The position numbers were made by a program, and so were the translations under genes. 57,427 nt of DNA from Chiloscyllium plagiosum (taxonomy: Eukaryota): contig NW_025215378.1 in the NCBI RefSeq assembly GCF_004010195.1, positions 113,094-170,520 on the forward strand, written 5' to 3'. The first letter of the stretch is position 1, and each line of letters starts with the position of its first letter. Shown here piece by piece: positions 13,111 to 25,917 of this stretch. The notes beneath the pieces are model-generated. The model saw only the letters and a program-made list of their open reading frames with translations, searched no databases and was not told the origin of the DNA.

Positions 13111-13454
13111 CAAATTCTGGAAGAGATCCAGCCCAGCAGGGAGGAGATTGAGCCCTCGTGGGGAAGCCCAGCGTGGACCATCTACAAGCCCATGGCTAAA
13201 GAAGGACTGAAATAATTCCACACTATCTTGTCAAATTCAAAGCAAATAGTGAACAATTTTAGCTGATTCCTGAGCACGCTGTTTTGCTTATCTGCTTTTT
13301 GCTTTACATTTGCTGCTGTGATTGTCTGCTCTCTCAATGTGCATTAATCACCAAAGTGACGCTTGCTTGCATATCTGGAGATATCCAAATGTTTCCCATT
13401 GGATTTAATTTCTCCCAGCATGCAAGAACAATGCTCAATCTTCATTAACATTCA

Positions 13455-14030
13455 CAGGAGCAGGGATGTATTGCTGCAGTTGTACAGGGCCTTGGTGAGA
13501 CCACCACTTGAGTATGGTATGCAGGTTTGGTCTCCCTATCTGAGGAAGGCAATTCTGGTGAGGATCCTGGAGACAACAGGACTGATGGATGAAGAGAGAC
13601 TGGATTGGTTGGGAGTTTCGAAGAATGAGGGGGTGTGGGGGGGAGGATCTTATAGAAACCTATAAAATTCTAACAGGACCAGACAGGGGTAAACACAGGA
13701 AAGGTGTTCCTGATCCAGGGGAGTCCAGAACCAGGGGTCATAGTCTAGGATACAGAGTAAACCATTTAGTACGAAGATGAAGAGAGAATTCTTCACCCAG
13801 AGAGTGGGGAGCCTGTGGAATTCTCTGTCACAGAAAGCAGTTGAGGCTAAAACATTGAAGGCTCTCAAGAAGGAGTTAGATACAGTTCTCAGGGCTAAAG
13901 GGATCAAAGGGTATGGGGAGGAAATAGGAACAAGGAGACTGAGTTGAATGATCAGCCATGATCCTATTGAATGGGGGAGCAGGTTCAAAGGGCTGAATGG
14001 CCTCCTCCCGCTCCTATTGTCTATGTTTCT
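13455..14030 (+). mobile_element. CR1-like LINE 3' fragment
   Basis: RSRDVLLQLYRALVRPPLEYGMQVWSPYLRK; DLIETYKILTG. Confidence 0.85.
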
Positions 14031-14603
14031 GTTTAACAACACAGAACAAAGTGCAGTCTCCATGATGCCGCTTTCAGGATGAGTTATTCTGCTGAGGCCT
14101 GTCTGGCATCTCTCTGGTGAGAGTCACATATAAAATTAATAACTCGATTCCACAGAGTGTTCAGGAAATGATGGAGCTGGGGGCATCGATCTTTGAGAGA
14201 GATGTTCAAAAACAGATAAACCTTGATCTCCAGCAACCAGGTGTGAAACAGAAAATGAAGCGAGATGTTCTGAACATTTATAAAGCTCTGGTAAGGTCAC
14301 AATAGGGCATTGCATCCTGTTCTGGTCATCACACTTCACCAGAGTGGTTCCAGTGACGAGGGATTCTGATAACGAGGGGTGAGTTGAAGAAAGGGATTAG
14401 TTCCACATAGAGAGAAAAGGAGATCGGGGGTTGGGTGGGGAGGATTTGATCAAGGTCCCCAAGATAAGTGCAGGTTTAGATAGGGAAGATGAAAAAACTT
14501 CTGAGGACACAGCTTTAAGAGTTTGGGCAAGGGTTGCAGAGGGGAACCGAAGGGTAAACCGAAGATGATGATTGATTCTACAATGAAATACAATGAAACA
14601 CTT

Positions 14604-14890
14604 CCATGTGCAGTCCATGTGCTGGACGTAGACCCACAATGCCCTGAGGGATGGCCAGGGGATTCTGGGTATCTGGTCAGTATCACATTGTGTTTGGTGG
14701 GATCTTTCCTTCAGTGTCGCTGGATCAGAAACCTGAAATTCCCTCCCTAAGGGCATTGTGGGTCTACCTACAGCACATGGACTGCAGCGGGTCAAGAAGG
14801 CAGCTCACCCCCACCTTCTCAAGGGACAACTAGGGACGGGCCAATAAATGCTGGGCCCAGTCAGTAACACCCATGATTGAATAAAAAAAC
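14604..14890. mobile_element. 3' end of a second CR1/L2-group LINE with a short inverted duplication
   Basis: Plus arm 14700-14890 matches the reverse of 33880-34060. Segment 14604-14670 is an inverted copy of part of it. Confidence 0.65.
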
Positions 14891-15696
14891 TCTTGCTATG
14901 CAGAGATTGGCTGCACACTTCCTACATCGAACCAGCCTCAATCCTTCAGAAGAACTTGCTTGGCCCCTAGTGTCATCCTGAGGTTGTGAAAGGCACTAGA
15001 TAAATGCATGTCCTGTGAAGGTGCCACACGAGATCAGGTGCGTGGCCAGATAGCAGGATTATGGGATGTGTAAACATTGCTACTTCCTCGCACCCACCGG
15101 AACATTCCGTGACTATTCAGGGCAGACTGGGCAGAGATAGTGGGGGCGGGGGTGTAATTTGATCTTGACTTGCCTCCTGGCATTTCATTAAATGTGTTAA
15201 AATCTCTTCATTTCCCAGCAGTGTAATCTATCAGCTTTAATAAGCCAACAAGATACTGTCTTACTTCACACAAATAGTTCATTAAAGGGCCGTGTTATAT
15301 TTTTATTGCTTTAAGTGTGCAGAGAAAGCTGTCCGGAGAGTTCATAAATCTCACAGGACTCTTGGCCCGAAAGGCTTATGTTTGAGCTCGGAATGTGTTA
15401 TGAAAATTAATCTTCTTATGATGCCAACCCGTAACATTCCTCCAACGCTGACAACATATCAATTTGTGTAAACTTGGAGTTAGAGGACAGTCATTTCAGT
15501 CCCGTCAGTGAGATTAGTGGGGAATGGGGAAATTAATACAAAGTCCATCCCTTGATATCAAAGGCACCTTCACTTTCCCAGTGCAGGAGGGTAACTGATT
15601 TTATTAAAGGGCAAAAATTTCTCTCAGTATTTAATACTGCCTGTTTTCAGCTACAGATTTAAATTAATGCAGAGTCCATTCATCTAGGGTGTGGGT

Positions 15697-15995
15697 GGGC
15701 AGCATGGTGGCTCAGTGGTTAGCACTGCTCCTCACAGCACCAGGGACCTGGGTTCAATTCCACTCTCGGGTGACTGTGTAGATTTTTGCACATTCTCCCT
15801 GCGTCTGTTAGATGTACTCCAGTTTCCTCCCATTGTCCAAAGATGTGCAGGCTAGGTGGAGTGGCTGCACCTAAGTTACTCGGTAGTGTTCAGGGATGCA
15901 TGGGTTAGCCATGGGAAATGCAGGGTTATAGTGATAGGGCACCCTTCAGAGAGTCAGTGTGGAGTGAATGACCTCCTTCCACACTGCAGGGATTT
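15697..15995 (+). mobile_element. HE1-type tRNA-derived SINE
   Basis: A box tggctcagtgg, B box ggttcaattcc, ttgcacattctccc core, CR1-like tail. Confidence 0.85.
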
Positions 15996-16074
15996 GATGA
16001 CACCATGATGGAAGCTGACTTTGAATAGAGAACAAAAAGCGTTTGGCCAGCCACAATGCAAGAAATTCATCAGA

Positions 16075-16265
16075 TCAATACAGTCCACACCAGCCCTCCG
16101 AACAGCATTCCACCCAGACCCAGACTCAATCCCCTACCCTAGCCCTCCATTTCCTATGGCTAACCCACCTAGACTGGAGATGAAACTCCACACAGCCAGT
16201 CGCCCAAGGCTGGAATTGAACCCAAGCCCCTGGCGCTGTGAGGCAGTAGTGCTAACCACTGAGCC
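16075..16265 (-). mobile_element. HE1-type SINE, internally deleted
   Basis: aaactccacacag...ctgtgaggcagtagtgctaaccactgagc. Confidence 0.75.
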
Positions 16266-16557
16266 CCCGACTTATGAAAGCAAAGCTGAGAACTGTAGAT
16301 GCTGGGAGGAATCAGGAAATCAGCCCATGGAGAAAGGGAGAGAGAGGCTCAGACAGCCCAAAACCTGGTTCAGAGAGGGAATACACGTGTTCAAAATCTG
16401 GAATATAAGCCAAACCCACCTCAAACTACTCATTTTGACCTCAGACAGGAGGCAAGTGACTGATAGAAACATTTCAGGGGGGCTATGTTCTTCCGGTGTA
16501 ACTCTTAGAGTATTGCGTGCTCAGGATTCAGGTGAAGAGGAGGTGAGATGGGGCTGG

Positions 16558-17545
16558 GAGAAAGTGAGGACTGCAGGTGCTGGAGAGTCCGAGTTAAAAA
16601 GTGTGGTGCTGGAAAAGCACAGCAGGTCAGGCAGCATCCGAGGAGCAGGAGAGTCACCACTGTTGGAGGTGACGAAGTGCGAAGGAAGATGGACAGGTGG
16701 GACAAGTCAAGAGCATGGTGCCGAGTTGGAAGTTTGGATCAGGGATAAGGTGGTGGGGAAGGGGAAACAAGGAAGCAGATGAAATCCACATTGATCCCGT
16801 GTGGTTGCAGGATCCCAAGGAGGAAGATGAGGCCTTCTTCCTCCAGGTGTCGGGTGGTTAGGATTTGGCAATGGAGGAGGCCAAGGACCTGCATGTCCTC
16901 AGCGGAGTGGGAGGGGGGAGTAGAAGTATTCAGCCACGGGGTGGTGGGGTTGGTGGGTGCGGGTGTCCCAGAGATGTTCTCTGAAATGTTCTGCAAATTG
17001 GTGTCCTGTCTCCCCAATGTAGAGGAGACCACATCGAGTGCAATGGATGCAGTAGATAACGCGTGTGCAAGTACAGGTACATCTCGGTTGAATGTGGATC
17101 CTTCAGAGAATATCTCTGGGACGCACTGACTTGTCTGTCGGATGTGTCTCCACCGCCAAACTCTCGCCACCCGACACCTGGAGGAAGAACACCTCATCTT
17201 CCACCTTGGGACCCTCTAATCACATGGGATCAATGTGGATTTCATCATTTCCCCTCCCACAATCTTATCCCAGATCCAACTCGGCACTCCCTCTTGAACC
17301 ATCCTACCTGTCCACCTTCCTTCCCATCTATCCACTCCACCCTCCTCTCTGACCTATCACCTTCTCCCTCACCTCCATTTACCTATCGCGTTCCCCCCAG
17401 CCCCACTCCCCTCCCATTTATCTCTCAGCATCCCCTCCGGCCCACAAGCCTCATTCCTGATGAAGGGCTTATGCCCAAATCATCGATTCTCCTGTTCCTC
17501 AGATGCTGCCTGACCTGCTGTGCTTTGCCAGCACCACACTCTCAA
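16558..17545. mobile_element. Inverted (head-to-head) Penelope-like element, family A, about 1 kb
   Basis: Minus arm about 16558-17085 and plus arm about 17100-17545 both end in the family-A tail. Both encode ...RHLEEExLIFxLGxLxxHGINVDF. Hammerhead motif at 17453-17488. Confidence 0.85.
16780..17060 (-). pseudogene. Penelope-type GIY-YIG endonuclease remnant (frameshifted)
   Basis: Manual translation from 17060 downward gives VIYCIHCTRCGLLYIGETGHQFAEHFREHL. The ORF-track frame then gives PSHSAEDMQVLGLL...EEEGLIFLLGILQPHGINVDF. Confidence 0.9.
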
Positions 17546-18170
17546 CAGCTTCTCGATCACGGCTGATCTCATCTCTGCCTCAACTCCACTCTCCTACCTG
17601 CTCTCTATAACCCTTCAACCCTAATTACAGATTACTAATTAAAAATCTCCTTCCATTTACTCACTGTCCCAGCATCCGCTGTATTCTGGGCAGATTTCCA
17701 AAGGACAAGACTGACCGGGAAAAGATAGCGAGGACTTAGACCTTTCACCAGAGGGCATGCCAAACCATTGAGCATCAGTGAAATACTTTTCAAGTGTTAT
17801 CCCCTTTGAAGGGGAACTTGCAGAGGGTGGTGTTCCCATGGATCTGCTGTCATTATCCTTCTGGATGGAAGTGGTCATGGGTTTGGAAGGTGCTGTTGGA
17901 GAGACTAGGTGAGTTATTGCAGTGCATTAACTCAACGCGTTTTGTGATAAAGGCCAGGATAATGGTGATGGCTTCCTAAACATTGGTGTCAGTGTCCATG
18001 GTTAGTAAATTTTGGATAGGATAGGTTTCCACTAATATTATGATTTTACAGTTTGGTGTTAACATTCCAGGGAACACGTATCTAAAGATGACAGTTTGAG
18101 AATCTGAATAGAGGTTTTTTTTTGGTCAAAAAAGTCCTGGAGATTAAGAAATACTAGAGTTGCTAGCAAT

Positions 18171-18465
18171 CACAGTGGCTCAGTGGTTAGCACAGCTACC
18201 TCACAGTATCAGGGTCCCAGGTTCGATCCCAGCCTTGGGCGACTGTCTGTGTGGAGTTTGCACATTCTCCCCGTGTCTGTGTGGGTTTCCTCCCACAGTC
18301 CAAAGATGTGCAGGTCAGGTGAATTGGCCATGCTAAATTGTCCATAGTGCTGGGCGCATTAGTCAGAGGGAAATGGGTCTGGGTGGGTTATTCTTCAGAG
18401 GGTCGGTGTGGACTGGTTGGGCTGCAGGACCTGCTTCCACACTGTAGGGAATCTAATATAATCTA
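18171..18465 (+). mobile_element. HE1-type SINE
   Basis: A/B boxes (ggttcgatccc), conserved core, aatct-repeat tail. Confidence 0.9.
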
Positions 18466-18486
18466 GTTAATCCTGGAAAACCATCT

Positions 18487-19177
18487 TGTTATGGAGGTGT
18501 ACTGTACCTTTAAGAGAGTTGAAAGGCTACGAAGGACTGACAAAGCACCGAGAGTCCTGGACAAGGTAAGAATGTAACACTTGAGAAATGATTAGCTGCA
18601 GCTGAGTTGCCATGAACCAAAACAAATTCAAATTTGGCCAATCTGTTTAAATTAAGCCCCAAAATACTAAAATCAAATCAAATTTGAATTTAGTATTTTG
18701 ATAATATTAAAACCAATAAAATGATCCAATATTTTGGGGTATAAAACCGGACATTTTGAATAGATAGAAGGAGATTGGCCAAGCCACCAACTAGTACAGA
18801 CTGCCAGCAGAACAGCTCTCTGAAAGGTACCTGTGCAGCAGAATGTTGAAACTGACCTAGAGAAAACCTACAGAGGAAAATCGACCAAGCTGACTTGTTT
18901 TTTGAAACATGATCTTTTTGTAAATCTTAACTGGGATTTTTTCGTTATCGGATCAGTAGTGTAGAGTGGGAGGTAAAAGATAGTTTTAAGAGAAAGGATT
19001 TGCACACAGTGGTAGGTTTTAATATTCTCTGTTGGACTTAAAGAATAAAATTGTTAATGTTTGCATTAAGTAGTGACCTCTGGGATAGTTCTTGGCCTCT
19101 TGAAGTTTATGGTGTGAGGTGAATTTCTTCAGTGTGGCTGGTTTAAATTAGCAGAGGGGTTTATCCCATATCATAAC
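18487..19177 (+). mobile_element. Probable solo LTR
   Basis: Starts tgttatg and ends cataac. Flanks are catct and cattt. CCAAT motifs, TATAAAA at 18740, AATAAA at 19044. Confidence 0.55.
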
Positions 19178-19184
19178 CATTTTC

Positions 19185-19590
19185 AATGAACAAAGGAAGG
19201 TTGAGGGGTGACCTGAGAGAAGTTCATGAAATAATGAGAAGTATAGATAGAGTTAATGAGAGTTGTCTCTTCCTGAGGATTGGGGATTTCAAGGCTAGGC
19301 GGCACATTTTTAAGGTGAGAGGAGAGAGGTTTAAAAAAAACAACATGAGGGGCAAATTCTTGAGCCAGAGGGTGGTTCACGTGTGGACTGACCTTTTTGA
19401 GGAAGTCGTGGATGTGAGTACACTTACAACATTTAAAAGACACTCAGGTAAGTACAGGAATGGGAAAGGTTTGGAGGTGAATGGGCCGGGAACAGGCAGA
19501 TGGGACAAGTTTAGTTTGGGATTATGTTCAGCATGGACTATGAGTCTTTTAGGCCGAAGGGTCTGTTTCAGTGCTGCATGACTCTATGAC
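19185..19590 (+). mobile_element. CR1/HER1-like LINE 3' fragment
   Basis: RLRGDLREVHEIMRSIDRV...FLSQRVVHVW; tail atgactctatga. Confidence 0.85.
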
Positions 19591-19931
19591 TTATAATAGG
19601 AGGAGAAATTTGTGCACAGTAAGATCCCACAGACAGCACTAAGGGCAATGAATGCAGAGGTTGTGTGAGTGATAAGTATTGGTTGGGGCACTGGGAAGAA
19701 CTCACCAGTCTTTCTGAAAAATAGCAGCACGGATCCTTTTAAATGCTCCAAAGGTCCAGTACAGCAGTCGCTCAGTGCCACCACAGGGAGCGCTAGTCTC
19801 GGTTTTTCTGTTTTAATCTCTGCAGTGGGACTTGGACACACTGATCTAATTTGCTCTGGTCTGACAGAGGTTAACAATGCACTGGCTAATATCATTTCAA
19901 GAGACTGGACTTGGGTGGAAATCCATCAGCT

Positions 19932-20229
19932 TAAGATTAGATTCCCTACAGTATGGAAACAGGCCCTTCGGCCCTCCGAAGAGTAACCCACCCAGACCCA
20001 TTCCCCTTCCCTATATTTACTCCTGAATATGGACAATTTAGTATGACCAATTCACCCTAACCTGCACATCTTTGGACTGTGGAGGAAACTGGAGCACCCG
20101 GAGGAAACCCACGCAGACACGGGGAGAATGTGCAAACTCCACACAGACAGTCACCCGAGGCAGGAACCGAACCTGGGTCCCTAGTGCTGTGAGACAGCAG
20201 TGCGACCCACTAAGCCACCGTGTTGCCCC
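19932..20229 (-). mobile_element. HE1-type SINE
   Basis: Reverse complement of the 18171-type copy. Confidence 0.9.
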
Positions 20230-20539
20230 ATGTCGCTGAAGTTTTTAATCCTGCACTCATCAGGACAAATGCAAGAATGCCAAATTTCAAATGGGCACAA
20301 CAACCTCTACCTGAGGGGAAGAGGCTGCTGATTTGTTGGAAGTTCACTCTCTTTGGTTTGGTTTGGAAAGTAAAGGGGAAGCTACAGGTTCAGAATCTGC
20401 CAGAGAATTCTCAAAAAGATGCTGGATTCGACAATATTACTTCTGTCTGTAGAGAATGGCTCCCTGTATGTGAATGTACACTGCTCTAGAAGCAGAAATG
20501 AACAATTTTGGGAGCTGATTCAAGAGTTGTGATGTCAGA

Positions 20540-20757
20540 AAAGCACAGCCGGTCAGGCAGCATCCGAGGGGCAGCAGAATCGACATTTCAGGCATAAGCC
20601 TTTCATCAGGAATGAGGCTGATATGCCCTTCCTGATGAAAGACTTATTGCCCAAAATATCGATTTTCTTGCTCCATGGATGCTGCCTGACCTGCTTTACT
20701 TTTCCAGCACCACACTCTCGACTCTGATCTCCAGCATCTGCAGTGCTCACTTTCTCC
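20540..20757. mobile_element. Fold-back PLE-derived element (family A) with hammerhead motifs on both strands
   Basis: Minus motif at about 20579-20613 and plus motif at about 20629-20665. Inverted arms. Confidence 0.85.
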
Positions 20758-20919
20758 AACTTTTGGAGCTGGACTGATTATCTCAAATTGGTGCAGCATA
20801 TTCAGGATCAATTAGCAAATGCTGACTTATCACATCCAACAGGTAACTATTTCTTTTGGACTTAACATGCACATACCAAAGCAAATGGAAATGTATTGAT
20901 AACTTATAAAAAGGGGTCA

Positions 20920-21085
20920 AGACAACCATTGTCTTACCAGACCGAAGGGCTGTTCTCATTAGAGAGAGAAAATTGTCCATGTAATGACCCTCAGGTCAAG
21001 AGAGAGTCTTTCACGGTAACCTCAGCTGCTGTGGGAATTAAACCCATGCTGTTGGCATTATCCTACATTGCTAACTGACCCCTAC
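20920..21085 (-). mobile_element. tRNA-derived SINE family 3, degenerate
   Basis: Reverse-complement similarity to 22383-22590. Confidence 0.5.
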
Positions 21086-21574
21086 CCAATATGTAAATGC
21101 GTGCAGGGAGTGAAGTGCTTTGAGACAGCCTGAGGTCGTGCAAGGGTACTATACGAATGCAATTTCTGTCTTTACACAGTGGCAGTGTAGAGATGTAGCA
21201 TTGTGAAACAAGCCTGCAGGAGGTAGATTATAATGTTTCCGTGATATAAATGGATCTGACTCAGTCAGATGCCACTTCACTGCCCCTGGTATTTGCAGCA
21301 GCATTGGGTAGTTGTATCTCAATTAACCACAGGGATGTTGAAGTCTCTGAGTAATGTAACTTTGCTGTTAGTGTCACGGTCAGATCAGCAGAGCCAGCAG
21401 ACAGCACAGGAAGGAGTACAATGTCCATTAGTCACTCTGTGTGACAGGATTCCATAGACAGGACACACCATCAATTTGTCAGCTGTCATGTTCAGGAATT
21501 TATAACTCGACACTTCCAGTACGCAGAGAGTCTGAGGCACTCACTGTGCCTGAGGGATCCAGGCCTTTCCGTGT

Positions 21575-21950
21575 ACGTACACACACACCCGTACACCCCT
21601 GCTCTCACACACCCCTTCACGCTTGTACATACAGACACACACACACAATCACACAGTCATTCACACATACATACTCACATGCTTGCATATACACTCAGAC
21701 ATGCACACACACTCACGCACACTAACACACACATGCACACTCACATTTACTAACACACACACATTCATTAATGCACACGCACACTAACACACACAAACTC
21801 ACACACATGCACTAACATTCATTAATGTACCCACGCTAACGCACACTAGCACAAAACAGCACACACAATACATGCACGCTAACACACATGCACACACGCA
21901 CACGGTCACACACACATACACGCATTCGTGCACATTAACACAGTCATACA
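21575..21950. repeat. Degenerate (CA)n microsatellite
   Basis: Directly visible. Confidence 0.9.
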
Positions 21951-22169
21951 TGAAAAGGACAGTGGAACTTTAAAGTTGCAGTCTGTAATCAATGCTCACC
22001 CAAATGTTCAATCGATCTCAGAGAGAAAAGACTCTCATTTCCTTTCTCAGGATGTCCCAATGCCCCTCACAACCAACAAAATAATTGATGTGTAGTCCCT
22101 GTCGCAATGTGAGAAAGAGGACAATTCAATAATGCACAGCAAGATCCCTGAAGTCCTTTCTGTCTAGTA

Positions 22170-22375
22170 CTTGTAACTTGGGTCTGGAGTCACATGTAGG
22201 CCTGACCAGGTAAGGACGGTAGATTTTCTTACCCAAAGGTCATTCGTGGATGAGTCTATTGACAGTGGTTACAGGGACAAATACTTTTAAACTGAATTCA
22301 AAAATGTACCATCTGACATGGTGAGATTCTAACCCACATCCCCAGACCTTTAGCCTGAGGCTGTAGGTTACTTGC
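22170..22375 (-). mobile_element. SINE family 2
   Basis: ggtctggagtcacatgtaggcctgaccaggtaaggacgg core. Confidence 0.65.
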
Positions 22376-22382
22376 CCAAATA

Positions 22383-22590
22383 GAGGGTTAGCTCAGTTGG
22401 CTGGAGGACTGGTTTCAGCTGCAAAGTGATGCCAACGTTGTGGGTTTGATTCCCGCACTGACTGAGGTGACCATGAAGGACTCTCTTTCTGAACCTTCCC
22501 CCCTTGCCTGAGGCATGGTGACCCTCAGGTTAATTCACCACCCATCGTCTCTCTGTAATGAGAGAGTCACCCTGGTTGCTATGGCTTTAG
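22383..22590 (+). mobile_element. tRNA-derived SINE family 3
   Basis: A box tagctcagttgg, B box ggtttgattccc. Related minus-strand pieces at 20920 and 31410. Confidence 0.6.
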
Positions 22591-23319
22591 CCTTAAGCAG
22601 CTACTGCAGTAATAAGGAATTGGAAATCAAAATCGGTAGACATGATTAATATTCCAAAGTTAAAAATTGAAACATATTTTTCTCAAGATTAAAAATTTAA
22701 AGCACAATGGCTTTGATTTGAGATCATTTCGAAGAGTGATCTTTAAAATGTGTCATGAATCATTCCGAAAAAACCCCACAGGTTTCACTTTATATCAAGA
22801 ATGACTGGACCTCTTAAAAGTTTCATGTTTAAAAATGCAATCAAACTGTTTTAACATGTAAAATGTTTCAGGCCTCCCTGGTGATTATTTCCAAGTTGAA
22901 GGGAGTCTACTCACACCTGGAAACACAGGAGTAACATCTTGACGTGTCATTAACCTGTAATTAGTGACAACACTCCCTGTTCATTCCACACTTGACATGT
23001 TAAGGAGTAAACCCTTGAGGATTATATTAAGGGTTTCACTGTGGAACATTGCCCTGCTACACACCCCACAAAATCTGCTCTAGGGAATATAGCAACAATT
23101 ATATACATTTTTATAGCACCTTTGATAGCACATTTTTATAGCCATCCTGAGTCTTCTGAACTGAAATAAGACCCTGCACCACACTGGGATGTAGGGGGGA
23201 CAGGTGGCCAACAGTTTGTCAAAGAGGAAGGTCTCAAGGAGAACGGGAAATAGCAAAGCAAGGTCATGAGGCGCTGAAATGTAGGGAGGCAGTTCCAGAG
23301 CACAGCAGCTGAAGGTACA

Positions 23320-23916
23320 TTCCCCACACTAAACCCCACCCCAACCCCCACCCCAGTTCCCCCCACACTAACCCCAAACCCGACACTAAACCACACCCCA
23401 ACTCCTGTCTCAGTCCCCCCCCAAACAANNNNNNNNNNNNNNNNNNNNNNNNNNNNNNNNNNNNNNNNNNNNNNNNNNNNNNNNNNNNNNNNNNNNNNNN
23501 NNNNNNNNNNNNNNNNNNNNNNNNNNNNNNNNNNNNNNNNNNNNNNNNNNNNNNNNNNNNNNNNNNNNNNNNNNNNNNNNNNNNNNNNNNNNNNNNNNNN
23601 NNNNNNNNNNNNNNNNNNNNNNNNNNNNNNNNNNNNNNNNNNNNNNNNNNNNNNNNNNNNNNNNNNNNNNNNNNNNNNNNNNNNNNNNNNNNNNNNNNNN
23701 NNNNNNNNNNNNNNNNNNNNNNNNNNNNNNNNNNNNNNNNNNNNNNNNNNNNNNNNNNNNNNNNNNNNNNNNNNNNNNNNNNNNNNNNNNNNNNNNNNNN
23801 NNNNNNNNNNNNNNNNNNNNNNNNNNNNNNNNNNNNNNNNNNNNNNNNNNNNNNNNNNNNNNNNNNNNNNNNNNNNNNNACCCAGTTCCCCCCCCCCCCA
23901 CCCTAACCCTAACCCT
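23320..23916. repeat. C-rich minisatellite spanning an N-gap (23429-23879)
   Basis: ccccacactaaacccc and cccagttcccc units on both sides of the gap. Confidence 0.7.
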
Positions 23917-25234
23917 GTAACTGTACCCATGCCCACCACTTCCTCTGACAGTTCATTACATGCATGAGCCACTCTCTGTGTGATCAAGGAGAAACATTCT
24001 GTCCATCTCTAGCCTATCAAACTTTTCCACTTTGTAAAGAGCTCCCTCAGTCTTCCTTCTCGGGATAAAGAGCTCCAAACTGGTCAATCTTTCTGGACTG
24101 TTGGAAACACATAGCCTTGGTCTCACCTTTGAGCTGATTCTAGAGATCACTCTGGTCTGGAGAGCAACCTTCTCTACTGTTTCACATTGATACAGAGTTG
24201 CAGAAGGACATTACAACAGTATTTGGATTTCAATAGCACCTTCCACCACCTCAGAATATCCGCACGTGTTTTGCAACTGAAGTGATGTATATTAGCGAGC
24301 AATGATGGCACTGTGGGAATGTTATGGGCTGAGGGACACAAACGTAATGCTCTGGTCATGTGAATTCAAAGATCACCAGGGAGATTGGTGGGGTTTAAAC
24401 TCAATGAGGGAATTTGGAATTGCAAGTTTATCTCAGCGACGATAACCAGGAATTGTTTTTAAGTGTCCAAAGTAGCTACGAATGTCCTTTAGGGAAGGAA
24501 ATCTGCATTCCTCCCTGGATCAAGCTGACATGTGACTCCAGACCCAGAGCAGTATGGATCCCTCTGCAATGGCCAAGCAATTCACTCAGTTCAAGGGCAA
24601 TAAATGGGAACATTTGAAATTGCACACAAGATACTGACACATCAAATGCGTTGAGAATTGCAAGTCCCTGCTACTCCAGACAGCATCATTAATCAGAGTG
24701 TTTATTTAAAAGTTGAAATCTGTTTCCTGGAAGGAGTCTGTGGTTTTCACTGTGAACGGACTGTTCCTTCCTGGGAGAGAGAGAAAGGAACTTGGTCGAG
24801 TTTTCTTCCAGGAACATAAAACCCTCAAATAAACAATGCTCTTCAAATCCCAAAAAGGCCATGGAATTTATTAACTGTCAGCTGAGTATGTATCAAAAGA
24901 GTATGATTTAGTGGGCTAGTTGTACACATCACAGAGAATGAATTATCTGTATAAGATCAAGTAAACTTTGTTGACTCAACATTCTGTCTCTGCTGCCGGA
25001 GGAAAGGTTCATTTAATTCATCAAACGCTTGATTGTTGCATAACGTGGGGTTAAAAAAAATGAGAGAGGGGCACTCACTGCTGATGAATGGTCTCATTCA
25101 TTCTCAAAAGGTGGGGTCCCTTCCAAGGTCGACTCTTATTGCCCCCTGATACAGTCGAGAGGATTGACAGGAAGTGTCCTTAGGATTCTCACAATTCAGC
25201 AGGATTTCCAACCTCCATATCCTCCTTCTACTTC

Positions 25235-25630
25235 GAGTCCTAGGAGTCTACAGCATGGAAAGAGGCCCTTCGGCCCAACATGTCCATGCTGTCCAGTTTT
25301 ACTGTTTAAACTAGTTCTATTTGTCTGCATTTGGTCCATATCCCTCCAGGCCTATCCCATCCACGTACCTGTCCAAATGTTTCTTAAATGACAAAATAAT
25401 ACTCGCCTCCACCACTAACTCTGGCAGCCTGTTCCAGACACACTCCACCCTCAGTGTGCAAGAATGGTCCCTCTTGACCCTTTTATATCTCTCCCCTCTC
25501 ACCTTAAACCTATGCCCTCAGGTTTTAGACTCCCCTACCCTGGGGAAAAGCTGGTGGCTATCTACCTTATCTATGCCTCTTGGTTTTTATATGGTCACCC
25601 CTCCTACGTTCCTATATTCGAGGGAATAAA
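25235..25630 (-). mobile_element. CR1/HER1-like LINE 3' fragment
   Basis: RGERYKR...VWNRLPELVVEA...FKKHLDRY. Confidence 0.85.
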
Positions 25631-25917
25631 CCTTCCTGTTTGAAAACTGTTTGAAACTACTGTTCATTGACAGTTCTTATTTCCCGATGTTGCGATTTAA
25701 AAAAATTCTTTCTTGGGATGAGGCTCTCGCTGTTCAGGCCAGCATTTGTTCCCCATCCCTAACTGCCCCTGAATGGGGTACTTTGCTCCTTTCACCCAAG
25801 GGGCTGTTGACAGAATCTGAGAGCTGCCCTGGGGACCCACTCTAAAGGCACCCAGGAAGAGCTAGAATACCTTTTGAATAGGATGTCTTCATTCCTGGGC
25901 TGGATGGAAAAGCTGTA

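Noticed and set aside
15697..15770. tRNA-like A/B-box sequences (many copies)
   Set aside because: All continue into the SINE body and tail, so they are SINE heads rather than tRNA genes.
23901..23916. ccctaaccctaaccct, telomere-like (also about 33039)
   Set aside because: Fewer than three units, at the edge of a C-rich repeat or inside a SINE. Not an interstitial telomere.
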